This document shows, in pieces, positions 49,639 through 62,380 of a DNA stretch of 64,000 bases. The notes beneath the pieces were generated by a model. The model was given only the letters and a program-made list of their open reading frames with translations, was not told where the DNA came from and did no database searches. Source of the stretch: Dendrobates tinctorius. Its lineage: Eukaryota. Made by a program: the position numbers and the translations under genes. The stretch's first letter is position 1, and the number at the start of each line of letters is the position of its first letter. The stretch covers positions 14,012,001-14,076,000 of the forward strand of contig NW_027361674.1 in assembly GCF_039654945.1 (NCBI RefSeq). The letters run 5' to 3'.

Positions 49639-52600
49639 TAATAATATCATAATAATAAATTTTATTTCTATAGCGCTGACATATTCCGCAGCACTTTACA
49701 TTTCAGAGGGGACTTGTACAGACAATATACATTACAGCATAACAATAATCACATAGATCATAACAGATACCAAGAGGAATGAGGGCCCTGCTCGCAAGCT
49801 TACAATCTATGAGGAAAAAAGGGGAGACACAAAAGGTGGGTGGTAACAGTTGACCTGATTGTGTGGACCAGCCATAATGGTAAGTGTGTAACAGTACGGA
49901 TGCAGAGGGCTAATGGATGCATAAAGCATGTGGGAACATGATGCGGGGAACCTGGTTATGGTAAAAAACGTTAGGCTGTGCCACATAGGGATAGATTAGG
50001 TTAATGTGTTGAGGCGGTAGGCCAGTCTGAATAAATGCGTTTTCAGGGCACGCTTAAAATTGTGGGGATTGGGGACTAATCATATTGACCTGGGAAGTGC
50101 ATTCCAAAGAATTGGCGCAGCACGTGTATAGTCTTGAAGAGAGGAGTGGGAGGTTCTGATTATTGAGGATGCTAACCTCAGGTCATCAGCAGAACGGAGG
50201 GCGCGAGTAGGATGGTATACTGAAACAAGGGAGGAGATGTAGGGTGGAGCTGAGCAATGAAGAGCTTTGTGGGTGAGGGTAATAAGTTTGTACTGGATTC
50301 TGGAGTGGATGGGTAGCCAGTGTAATGACTGGCACAAGGTAGAGGCATCGGTGTAACGATTGGCGAGGAATATGATCCTGGCAGCTGCATTCAAGACAGA
50401 TTGGAGGGGGGAGAGTTTGGTAAGAGGAAGACCGATTAGAAGGGAGTTACAATAGTCGAGACGAGAATGAATAAGAGAAACAGTCAGAGTTTTTGCAGAA
50501 TCAAAAGTAAGAAAAGGTCGAATTCTAGAAATGTTTTTGAGGTGCAGATAACAAGAGCGAGCCAGTGATCGGATGTGGGGGACAAAGGAAAGCTCAGAGT
50601 CAAGTATGACCCCAAGACAGCGGGCATGTTGCTGGGGAGTAATAGTAGAACCACACACGGAAATGGCAATGTCGGGTATAGGTACATTAGTAGCGGGAGG
50701 AAACACAAGGAGTTCAGTCTTTGACAGGTTCAGTTTCAGATATAGTGAGGACATGATGTTAGACACAGCGTTTAGACAATTGCCAGTGTTTTCTAGAAAG
50801 GCTGGCATGATGTCTGGAGAAGAAGCATATAATTGGGTGTCGTCCGCATAGAGATGCTACTGGAAACCAAATCTACTGATTGTTTGACCAATAGGGGCAG
50901 TATACAAAGAGAAGAGGAGGGGTCCTAGGACTGATCCTTGAGGAACCCCAACAGTAAGGGGAAGATGAGAGGAGGAGGAGCCAGCAAAATATACAGTAAA
51001 GGAGCGGTCAGAGAGATAGGAGGAGAACCAGGAGAGAACGGTGTCCTTGAGGCCAATGGAACGGAGCATAGCGAGGAGGAGCTGATGATCCACAGTGTCG
51101 AATGCTGCAGAGTGATCCAAGAGAATTAGCATGGAGTAATGACCATTTGATTTAACTGTTAGTAGATCATTAGAGACTTTAGTGAGGGCAGTGTCAGTAG
51201 AATGTAAAGAGCGGAAACCGGATTGGAGAGGGTCGAGAAGAGAGTTTTCTGAGAGATAGCGGATAAGACGGGAGTGGACCAGGCGTTCCAGGAGTTTAGA
51301 GATGAAGGGAAGATTAGAAACAGGTCTATAGTTAGCGGCACAGTTTTGAGGGATGTTTTTTTAAGTAGTGGATGTATGATGGCATGCTTAAATGAGGAGG
51401 GAAAGATACCAGAAGAGAGAGAGAGGTTAAATATTTTAGTTAGGTGAGGGGTGACAGCAGGGCAAAGGGTCTGGAGTAGATGTGACGGAAATAGGTCACT
51501 GGTGCAAGTGGTTGGGCGGGAAGATGCAAGGAGCCTGCTTACTTCTTCTTCTGTGACTGGTTCAAAGTCAGAGAGTGAGCTAGATGCAGTGGGGGAGGGA
51601 GGACAGTGCATGGTATGAGGTGACTGGGAGATAATTTCCTGTCGGATCTGGTCAATTTTTTCTTTGAAGTAATTGGCCAGATCGTCAGCTCGAAGCTCCG
51701 TGGTAGAGGCCTGTACTCTTGGGCTGAGTAGAGAATGAAAAGTGTCAAAGAGACGTTTAGGGTTATTGGACAGTGAAGTGATGAGGGTGTTGAAATAGGT
51801 TTGTTTTGAGAGGTGAAGGGCAGTGTTGTATGTTTGAAGCATAAACTTATAATGGATGAAATCTTCGGGTAGGCTGGATTTTCTCCACAGACATTCGGCG
51901 CACCTGGAGCACCGCTGCAGGAAACGTGTTTGCAGGGTGTGCCAGGGTTGTCACCGTCTGTGTTGTGGTGTTCTATGAATAGGAGGAGCAAATTCATCCA
52001 GGGCACTTTGAAGTGTTACATTGTAATGCTTCAATGCAGAATCAGGACATGAAAAGGAGGAGATAGGGGCCAATGAAGACTGCAAGTTCTTCATACATAA
52101 GTTTCTGGGTGTTAATGGCCTGTATGTTTCTATAAATATGGACAGTGGGGGTGACCTGAGAAGCCTGGCAGTTCTTGATAGAGAATGAAAGAAGGTTGTG
52201 GTCAGAGAGCGGGAGAGGGGAGTTTGCAAAATCATCCACTGCACAAAGCCGAGAGAAGACCAAGTCGAGGGAGTTCCCGTCTTCATGCATTGGAGAATTA
52301 GTAAGCTGCAAAAGGCCAAACGAGGAGGTTAGAGATAAAAGGTGAGTAGCAGATGGGGAGAGGGGAAGAGCAATGGGGATGTTGAAATCGCCCATGATGA
52401 GGGTAGGGATGTCACAGGAGAGAAAATGTGGAAGCCAAGTGGCAAAATGATCCAGGAACTGATGGGAGGGGCCGGGAGGACGATATACCACCGCCACTCG
52501 CATGGAGAAGGGGGTGTAAAGTCTGATGGCATGGACCTCAAAAGAAGGAAAGACAAGTGAGGGTACTTGAGGGATAACCTGAAAGGTACATTTTGATGAT

Positions 52601-53270
52601 AGGAGCAGACCAACGCCTCCACCTGCTCTATTGTCTGATCTTAGGGTATGAGAGAATTGTAGTCCCCCGTATGAAAGAGCAGCAGCAGCGGTAGTGTCTG
52701 ACTGCTGGATCCAGGTTTCAGTAAGAGCCAGGAGGTTAAGAGAATTAGAAAGGAAAAAGTCATGAGTGAAGGTGAGTTTATTACACACTGAGCGAGAATT
52801 CCAAAGGGCACAATTAAGAGAGACAGATGGCAGGCAGGGAATATTAATAAGATTAGAGGGGTTTCTAAGTTTAGCAGTTGGGGGGTTTGACTTTCTATAA
52901 CATGGGGGACCAGGGTTTGGAGCAATGTCTCCTGCGACTAGGAGAAGGAGGATAGAAAGAGTGAGCAGATGGTTAAGTGATTTGTGAGAGCGTCTCTTAT
53001 GTTGAATGGTGGGACTGAATGGATCTGTGCAATTTAGCAATGTGAAAAGAGCGTGAGTGCTATACATAGGAGAGGAAAGGAGTGAGGGGCCAATATGGAC
53101 GGAGTGTAGACGGAGTGTAGAGAGTTAATACCAGGGCGGTGGATGTGTGTAAATGCAGCGGCCAGGATATAAATTATACAAATATTTGGGGTTGCCCAAG
53201 TGTACAGGGAAGAGATTTATTTATTTGTTTTACCTGTCTCCTGCCCTGTCTAACTGCCATGTTATAACTG
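49639..53270 (-). mobile_element. L2/CR1-group LINE with a decayed but near-complete ORF2
   Basis: 3' end TGTAAAGTGCTGCGGAATATG...GCGCTATAGAAATAAA plus (ATT)n tail; APE and RT fragments. Confidence 0.92.
50080..53067 (-). pseudogene. LINE ORF2 (2A-like peptide, AP endonuclease, reverse transcriptase)
   Basis: WNSRSV; ALTETWI; VYRPP; MGDFN; LSDHN; AAFDTVDH; [13 protein letters not shown]; YADD; SRLDYCNSLL; several frameshifts. Confidence 0.92.
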
Positions 53271-53899
53271 CCAGCGTACTTAGATACATGTACTTTGATT
53301 ACATGTACATAAATGCCACCCCTGCATAAAATATGCATATGTGAACTGCATATGTGAACTGACCCGAAGTCTGCAGATCCAGCTCTAGAGGTAACCCATG
53401 GATTTCATCTATTTACAGCTCATCACTCAAGTTTTATACAAACTGCAGCAATTGTGTCTTTAATTATTAAGAGCATTCTGGAAAGTGATACATCAGGTGA
53501 CATCATTAAAACACAATTTGTGCAGCACATCTGTGGGATATGTTAGTGCGGCACTGAATCACCAAGCCAAGTATGAAATCACCCAACAGACAGTTCTGGA
53601 GCCGCCAGATGTTCCTTCATGGAGAGCCGATTTCATGATTTGGACAGAAAAAAAAATAAAAAAAAAATGCAGCTGTCATGTATATTTTCACAACGTTTAA
53701 AGGGCTGAATGATTAACCATTTTATAATTTCATTCTGGATTTTTTTAAACCAGATAGTCCATTTAAAAGAAAAAATATATATATAAGATGTCACTGTTTA
53801 CGCTAATGAGTGGCCCAATTTAAAGGGGTAGTGCAAAATTAGAAAAAGGGTTGCTGTTTTTGCTCACTCAGCGCCATCCTTCCCCATAATTACAGCTTA

Positions 53900-54308
53900 G
53901 GCCTGTTTCATGTTTTATAACGGGGTTCGGGATTAAATTTCATGAAAGGACATTCTTCCGGACATGCTCAGTAAAAAAAGGCGGATCCCGTCAAATAGCG
54001 GTTGGTAACGGATCCGTCGCCCATAGGCGTCAATTATAACGCATGGTGGTCGGCGAGCAATCTGTTGCTATCCGCTGTTTTAACGCAGACAAAAAACGTT
54101 TCATTGTCTGTCCACCCCAGACAGCGGACGCCAAAATTATGACGGAGCCATCAAAAAACGGATGCAACTGATGACCGCCCGTCAAAATCCGTCACTAATG
54201 TAAGTCTATGGGAAAAAAAACGGATCCGCCAAAAAAAAGGGGGATCCGTTTTTTCTGCAAAACGGCGGATTTTGACTGACATCAAAAAATTGAAGTGTGA
54301 AACAGGCT
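53900..54308. mobile_element. Harbinger-type MITE
   Basis: GCCTGTTTCA / TGAAACAGGC TIRs; TTA TSD; repeated CGGATCC motifs. Confidence 0.7.
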
Positions 54309-55080
54309 TTAGCCAAAATCATTTAAATAAGGACAAGCTGCAATACTCTAAATAGCCTGTGAACAAGAGTGGCGCTGTAGTAATGACAAAAATGTGTTTT
54401 TTTTTCTTTCAGTGGTCTGCATGGAAAAAAAAGTCGCATTATACAGTCGCACTATACACTCCGTTTTATGGACCAGACTAATGCAATCTGAGGCAGCTAC
54501 GGCCCCCGACCGCAACGCAGGTGAGCTACGGAATATGCAGCCAACAACATCTGCAATTTGTGGTAGTGAGTGAGTTTCATCCGTGTGTGGTCTGACTTTC
54601 ATCAGTTGTTTTTTCTCTACCTTCTCCTAACTAGCAGTCCATTAAAACTGGGACAGCACATGGATGGTATCCGAGTGCAATCCGATTTTTTTCACTGACC
54701 CATAGACTTGCATTGCCGATTTTGATCTGACACTCGAATCAATATCAGACATGTCTCCGCAATATTGCGCAGACTGCAAAAAAATCATGTAAATGACCCC
54801 ATAAAACTCATACCCAGTGTAGACAGGCAATGAAAAATATGGATAGAACTCGAACACAGAAAAACGGACGTCTGAGTTAGCCTTTAATTGTACCTTTGCT
54901 TATTACTTTTTTTTTTTTTTGGTGTTGTAAAAACACCGTATACATGACATTATGCGTACACGCGCAATATTAAGTGAGATCCAATGGGCAAGTGATATCA
55001 TAATGCAATTTAGTGCAAACACACAAACGCTCTGCACAGTTTCCAGCCTTTTTATGTCATCAAAACCGTTCCCCTTGTAA

Positions 55081-55302
55081 GGCTGGAGTCACACACAACG
55101 AATAATAAATCAGTCCCATTTTAACGGTCCGAAATCGCACAAAGGTATCTTAACCAGTGATGCGTTTTTGAAGCGATTTTTCTTCATTGATGCGATTTTA
55201 ATCGCATGTAAGGATCCGTTTGACATCCGTGAAAATGGACATATAATGGAGCCCAATGACAGGTTTCCCCACACAAACTAATTAATAGTTCTAGACACTA
55301 TA

Positions 55303-55335
<33 letters not shown>

Positions 55336-55905
55336 TTTATACATGTCATAGAGACACATTTATACATATATTTGACATTCATACAGTTCATCATAGCAGA
55401 ATAGCCGCAGAAACATTTGCCGGCTTTTGTATAATTATGCTCCTGCCCGACATGAAATGTCACATGGTTTACATATAGTTAACCATTTCATTTCATGATT
55501 TTTTTGTAATGTCTATCACTATTAATTAGATGAGTGTTTGTGGGTAAAATTATGGAGTTGTAGGGGTTAATTTAAGGGGTTAATTCGTTGTATTAAATTG
55601 CAGGGACTCCTGCTGACGTCACTGAGGCTGCAGGGAGTCCCCGTAATTTAATACAACGAACTAACCCCTTAAATTAACCCCTACAACTCCATAATTTTAC
55701 CCACAAACACTCATCTAATTAATAGTGATAGACATTACAAAAAAATCATGAAATGAAATGGTTAACTATATGTAAACCATGTGACATTTCATGTCGGGCA
55801 GGAGCATAATTATACAAAAGCCGGCAAATGTTTCTGCGGCTATTCTGCTATGATGAACTGTATGAATGTCAAATATATGTATAAATGTGTCTCTATGACA
55901 TGTAT

Positions 55906-55946
<41 letters not shown>

Positions 55947-56300
55947 TGTGTCTAGATATAATCATTCTTTCTTTATTTAACCGGTCTCTGTGATTTTACT
56001 GTATTGGAATAAAGAATTGCCGGCTTTTGCTAAAGGACACCGGGTGCGATTTAATCGCAACTCACACATCTAGTCCGTTTTTAGTCCCATTTTTTCTCGC
56101 CCCCATAGACTTGCATTGTCGAATCCGATCCGAAAATCGGTGACGATCGCAGCATGCTGCGATTGTCTCGGTAAGAAGATCGGATGCGATAAAAAATCGC
56201 ATGATGGGAGCTGCCCCATAGAATAACATGGGTTCGAATGCAATGCGATTTTTTTATCGCATTGCATTCGTCCGTTTTATTCGCCAGTGTGACCCCGGCC
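55081..56300. mobile_element. Harbinger non-autonomous element with a giant palindrome (relative of 23379-24812, opposite orientation)
   Basis: GGCTGGAGTCACAC / GTGTGACCCCGGCC; TAA TSD; palindrome ~55290-55956 gives mirror-image ORFs on both strands. Confidence 0.87.
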
Positions 56301-56303
56301 TAA

Positions 56304-56487
56304 GGCCGGGATCACACATGCGAGAAACACGGCCTAGTCTCGCATGTTAATACCCGGCACTCAGGAGCGGAGCGTGTGGCTGCATGTATTGCTATGAGGC
56401 CGCATGCTCCGCTCCCGAGTGCAGGCAGCTGTGCCGGGTATTAACATGCGAGACACGGCCATGTTTCTCGCATGTGTGATCCCGGTC
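56304..56487. mobile_element. Short palindromic Harbinger MITE
   Basis: CCGGGATCACACATGCGAGAAACA TIR; TAA TSD shared with the preceding element. Confidence 0.88.
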
Positions 56488-56867
56488 TAAGAAGTTGAAT
56501 TACAAGTAAATGAGAAAGTTTCCGAAGTTTCCATCAAGCCCTATTCACATGCCACGTAGTTATACCAAGTATCTGACCTTCCTTTTTTTATCTACCACAC
56601 CTGTTCTGCTTTAGTACTTTTCTGGTGTGTCCGCATATCTACTACAGGAACATGCTGCTTATCTTTTCCTGTGCCTTGCAGATATTATAGTAGGCAGCAT
56701 AAGCATTGAGTTTCCTGACAGAAGCTCTGATACACAGATTGCTCCATTGTTCCATCCGTTATCTCACATTCAGTGTAAAGGAAAGAAATCGGGAAATAAT
56801 CGGGTCAGATGTGTTTGCATCAACACTTCCCTCTATCGCCAGTTAAATGCAATGCTTTTATATAGAT

Positions 56868-57962
56868 CAGTGTGGGTCGCCCGCCAGGGCTGTGGGGTAC
56901 TCGGTACCGAGCCGGTATCTTATAGGGAAGTGTCACAGTAGCGGTGACCCGGCCCGTGATTAAAGTTTGAGTGAATGATTCGTGACGCCACCTGTGGTGT
57001 TCGGCAATGAAGGTGTCGCTGCAGACAGATCCTCTGGGACAGACGGTGGGTTGCAGCAATGATGGTGTAGCCCTCCACAGGCAGGGCTGTAGTCCCAGGG
57101 CAGAGTAGATGAAGAGGATAGGTGTTGAGGAAGAGGGTGTAGTGTCTGGCACAGAGATGTAGCAGTGCTGACGGGGTTGTAGGAAGAAGGCAAGGACACA
57201 GCAGGGTGCAGTTTCTTTACCTTTACTTTGCTTGGCAAATGCAGTCCAGGGTCCAGATTACAGATGGCACAGGAGCTGGCTAGCCTGGAAGCAACTTAGG
57301 AATCTCTCTAGGCAGATGGGTTGTGTAGTCTCCTTCCCAGCGCTTAGTTTTAGGTACTTACAGTACTGTGTTACACTGAAGTTCCACTTGCTTATCCTCT
57401 TTAGAACTCCCTTGTATGGCAGACAGCTGTAGCCTTCCTCTTCTGGCTCACACGTCGCTGTTGTGCCTCCAAGTCTTATGTGGGAATATAGCATTTACAC
57501 CTTCCTATTCCTCCGTTTTCTGTGCAGGACCATCAGTGTCCGTACAGCCTTGGATACCAGGCTCCAGATCATGCGCTATAGCTGGGAATGAGCCTGAACT
57601 CTCTGCTCAATCTCCCAGCTCTTCTCCTCACGTCCACACACGTTGCCCTCCTCACACGAACTCCCTCAATTTCCCCTTCTTGGTCCCCAGAGAGCAGCTC
57701 TTCCCCCAGTTTTGGGTTCAGAGCTCCCTCTGCTGGCCAGGAGTGGGAACTGTGTTGTGTGTAGTAGTTAACTACACACAACACAGAGATCCTTTATTGC
57801 TTCCAAGCATGACATCACACTCCCTAGGAGGAAGGCAATGCCATTGTGGCGACCTTACTCCTTGGGGGCACCACAAGTGAAATTATCACCCGAGCAATAC
57901 TACGGAAATCCTGAAAACATGACCTGTTGGTGGGCCTTGAGGACTGGAGTTGGGGAACACTG
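56868..57962. mobile_element. hAT MITE (left arm mostly lost) containing a solo LTR
   Basis: 8-bp TSD ATATAGAT (56860-56867, 57963-57970); right arm matches the 24950-25129 family. Confidence 0.75.
56873..57875 (-). mobile_element. Solo LTR (~1.0 kb)
   Basis: TG...ACCACA termini; 4-bp TSD AGTG; strand tentative. Confidence 0.7.
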
Positions 57963-58005
57963 ATATAGATAACTGAGGTGCAAGATCTGCTCAAATGTCC
58001 TTTAA

Positions 58006-60608
58006 CCCCTTTCTGTCATGTGACGTACTATCCCGTCCATGTGCCCTCGGACTTAATTCCCAAGGACGGGATAGTATGTCACAGCGATCAGCGGCGTCCA
58101 CGTGGTGAGCGCCGCTGATCGCGGCCGGGTGTCAGCTGATATCACAGCTGACACCCGGCACAATGTGTCAGGGGCGGTCACGGACCACCCCCGACACGTT
58201 AACCCCTTGCACACCGCGATCAAACACGATTGCGGTGTACCGGGGGTTAAAGGGAAGCATCGACAGGGAGGGGGCTCCCTCCGTGCTTCCCTGAGTCCCC
58301 CATAGAAGCGCAATGTGCAGCGCTGCTGCGAGGGGCTCCATCCCTGCAGGTCACCGAATCCAAGGTGGCGACGGGGACCTTCGGGGGCCTGCAGGGAGCT
58401 GGCTTCCTCAGTGCCAGTGCCAGTGATCTGTGATGTGACACTAAGCAAAAAATAATGATTTATTATCATACCGCCAAACATAAAGTGCAATAACGCGCGA
58501 TCGAAAAGACGCATAGAAATATCCATGGTACCGCTGAAAACGTCATCTTGTCCCGCAAAAAACGAGCCACCATACAGCATCATCAGCAAAAAAATAAAAA
58601 AGTTATAGCTCGCAGAATAAAGCGATGCAAAAATAATTATTTTTTATATAAAATTGTTTTCATTGCACAAAAGCGCCAAAACATAAAAAAAGGCATAAAT
58701 GAGGTATCACTGTAACCGTACTGACCCGAAGAATAAAAACCGCTTTATCAATTTTACCGCAGACGGAACGGTGTAAACGCACCCCCCAAAAGAAATTCAT
58801 GAAACGCTGTCTTTTTTTATTCTGCGTCCCAAAAATCGGAATAAAAAATGATCAAAAGATGTCACGTGCCCGAAAACGGTACCAATAAAAACGTCAACTC
58901 GTTCCGCAAAGAATAAGACCTCACATGACTTGGTGGGTCAAAATATGGAAAAATTATAGCTCTCAATATGTGGTGATGCAAAAACTATTTTTACAATAAA
59001 AAGCGTCTTTTAGCGTGTGACAGCTGCCAAAAATAAAAACCTGCTATAAATAGTAAATCAAACCCCCCGTTATCACCCCCCTTAGTTAGGGAAAAATAAG
59101 AAAATTAAAAGAAAATTTATTTATTTCCATTTTCCCATTAGGGTTAGGGCCAGGGCTAGGGTTAGGGGTGTGTTGGGGTTAGGGTTGGAGTTAGAATTCA
59201 GGGTTTCCACTGTTTGGGCACATCAGGTGCTCTCCAAACGCAACATGGCATCTGATCTCAATTCCAGCCAATTCTGCGTTGAAAAAGTCAAACGGCACTC
59301 CTTCCCTTCCAAGCTCTGCCATGCACCCAAACAGTGTTTTACCCCCACATATGGGGTATCAGCCTACTCAGGACAAATAGCAAAACAACTTTTAGGGTCC
59401 AATTTCTCCTGTTACTCTTAGGAAAATAAAAAATTGGGGGCAAAAATATCATTTTTGTGGAAAAAAATATGATTTTTTTATTTTCATGCCCGGCGTTATA
59501 AACTGCTGTGATGCACTTGGGGGTTCAAAGTGCTCACCACACATCTAGATAAGTTGCGTGGGGGGTCCGGTTTCCAAAATGGGTTCACTTGTGGGGAGTT
59601 TCAATAGTTTAGGTACATCAGGGGCTCTCCAAAGGCAACATGACACCTGCAGACCATTCCATCAAAGTCTGCATTCCAAAACGTCACTACTTCCTTTCCG
59701 AGCCCTGACGTGTGCCCATACAGTAGTTTTCTCCCACATATGAGGTATCAGCGTACTCAGGACAAATTGGACAACAACTCTTGGGGTCCAATTTCTCCTG
59801 TTACCCTTGGGAAAATAAAAAAATTGGGGACTAAATTATCATGTTTGTGGAAAAAATACGATTTTTTTATTTTCCCAGCCACATATCAGGTATCAGCGTA
59901 CTCAGGACAAACTGCACAATAACTTTTGCAGTCCGATTTCTCCTGTTACCCTTGGTAAAATAAAAAAAATTGAATCTGAAGTATTTTTTTGTGAAAAAAT
60001 GTTAAATGTTCATTTTTTTTAAAAATATTCAAAATATTCCTGTGACGCACCTGAAGGGTTAATAAACTTCTTGAATGTGGTTTTGAGCACCTTAAGGGGT
60101 GCAGTTTTTAGAATGGTGTCACTTTTGGGTATTTTCTATAATATAGACCCCTCAAAGTGGCTTCAAATGTGATGTGGTCCGTAAAAATAAAATGGTGTTG
60201 CAAAAATGAGAAATCGCTGGTCAACTTTTAAGCCTTATAACTTCCTAACAAAAAAAAATTTTGGTTCCAAAATTGTGCTGATGTAAAGTAAACATGTGGG
60301 AAATGTTACTTATTCAGTTTTTTGTGTGCTATATCTCTGTGATTTAAGGGCATAAAAATTCAAAGATGGAAAATTGTGAAATTTTAAAAATTTTCGCCAA
60401 ATTTCCATTTTTTTCACAAATAAACGCAAGTTATTTGAATGAAATTTTACCACTAACATGAAGTACAATATGTCACAAGAAAACAATGTCAGAATCACCA
60501 GGATCTATGGAAGCATTTCAGAGTTATTACCTCATAAAGGGACAGTGGTCAGAATTGTAAAAATTGGCCTGGTCATAAACGTGCAAACCACCCTTGGGGG
60601 TTAAGGGG
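58006..60608. mobile_element. piggyBac-type non-autonomous element 1
   Basis: TTAA-CCCCTT ... AAGGGG-TTAA; internal repeats; telomere-like tract at ~59138-59187. Confidence 0.8.
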
Positions 60609-60612
60609 TTAA

Positions 60613-62376
60613 CCCCTTAGTGACAGAGCCAGTTTGCAGCTTAATGACCAGGCCAATTTTTACAATTCTGACCACTGTCCCTTTATGAGGTTATAACTCT
60701 GGAATGCTTCAATGGATCCCGCTGATTCTGAGACTGTTTTTCGTGACATATTGTACTTCATGTTAGTGGTAAAATTTCTTCGATAAGTCTTGTTTATTTA
60801 TGAAAAAAACGGAAATATGGCGAAAATTTTGAAAATTTTGCAGTTTTAAAACATTAAATTTTTATGCCCGTAAATCAGAGAGATGTGTCACACAAATTTC
60901 TTAATAAATAACATTTCCCACATGTTTACTTTACATCAGCACAATTTTGGAAGCAAAATTTTTTTTTGTTAGGAAGTTATAAGGGTTAAAAGTTGACCAG
61001 CGATTTCTCATTTTTACAACAAAATTTACAAAACCATTTTTTTTAGAGACCACATCATATTTAAAGTCATTTTGAGGGGTGTACATGACAGAAAATACCC
61101 AAAAGTGACAGCATTCTAAAAACTAGACCCCTCAAGGTGCTCAAAGAAGTTTATTAACCCTTTACGTGCTTCACAGGAACTAAAGCAATGTGGAAGAAAA
61201 AAATTAACATTTAACTTTTTTTTGCAAAAAATTTACTTCAGACCCAATTTTTTTTATTTTCACAAGTGTTAAAAGAGAAAATCAACCACAAAATTTGTTG
61301 TACAATTTCTCCTGAATACGCCGATACCCCATATGTGGGGGTAAACCACTTTTTCAGCACACGGCAGAGCTCGCAAGGGATGGAGCGCCGTTTGACTTTT
61401 TCAGCGCAGAATTGGCTGGAATTGAGATCAGATGCCATGTTGCGTTCGGAGAGCCCTTAATGCCTAAACAGTGGAAACCTCCAACAAGTGACCCCATTTT
61501 GGAATCTAGACCCCTTAAGGAACTTATATAGATGTGTGGTGAGCACTTTGAACCTTCAAGTGCTTCACAGAAGTTTATAACGTAGAGCCGTGAAAATAAA
61601 AAAAATATTTTTTTTTTCCACAAAAATGATCTTTTCGCCCCCAAATTTTTATTTTTACAGGGGTAACAGGAGAAATCATACCCCCACAGTTATTGTGTGA
61701 TTTGTCCTGAGTACGCTGATACCCCATATGTGGGGGGGGAACCACTGTTTGGGTGCATGGGAGAGCTTGGAAGGGAAGGAGTGCCATTTTGGAATGCAGA
61801 CTTTGATGGAATGGTCTGAGGGCATCATGTTGCGTTTGCAGAGCCCCTGATGGGCCTAAACAGTGGAAACCCCCCTGACAAGTGACCCCATTTTGGAACT
61901 TAGACCCCCCAAGGAGCTATCTAGATGTGTGGTGAGCACTTTGAACCCCCAAGCGCTTCACAGAAGTTTATAAACGCAGAGCCGTGAAAATAAAAAGTCT
62001 TTTTTATTTCCACAAAAGTGATTTTTTTAGACCCCCAAAGTTGATAAATAGTGGAAACCCCTCAATTCTTGCTCCAACCCTAACCCCAACACACCCCTAA
62101 CCCTAATCCCAACCGTAACCCTAATCTCAATCCTAATCCCTAATCATAATTCTAACCCTAATCCTAGTTCGCCCTAACCCTAGCCCTAGCCCTAACCCTA
62201 GCCTTCACCCTAGCCCTAGCCCTAACCCTAGCCCTAACCCTAACCCTAATGGAAAACTGAAAAAAAAAATATTTTCTTTATTTCGTTATGTTGGCCTAAC
62301 TAAGGGGGTGAGAAACGGGGGGGTTATGTACTATTTTTTTTATTTTGATCACGGCGTATCGGCGGTTGCTAAGGGG
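60613..62376. mobile_element. piggyBac-type non-autonomous element 2 (inverted relative of element 1)
   Basis: CCCCTTAGTGAC / GTTGCTAAGGGG TIRs; TTAA on both sides; (CCCTAA/CCCTAG)n at ~62077-62249. Confidence 0.82.
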
Positions 62377-62380
62377 TTAA

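Noticed and set aside
49627-53272. AACTGCCAT as the LINE target-site duplication
   Set aside because: It is not flush with the 3' tail, and the motif is repeated at the 5' end, so it may belong to the element
55278-55993. Identical small ORFs on both strands
   Set aside because: Mirror images produced by the palindrome and (TA)n
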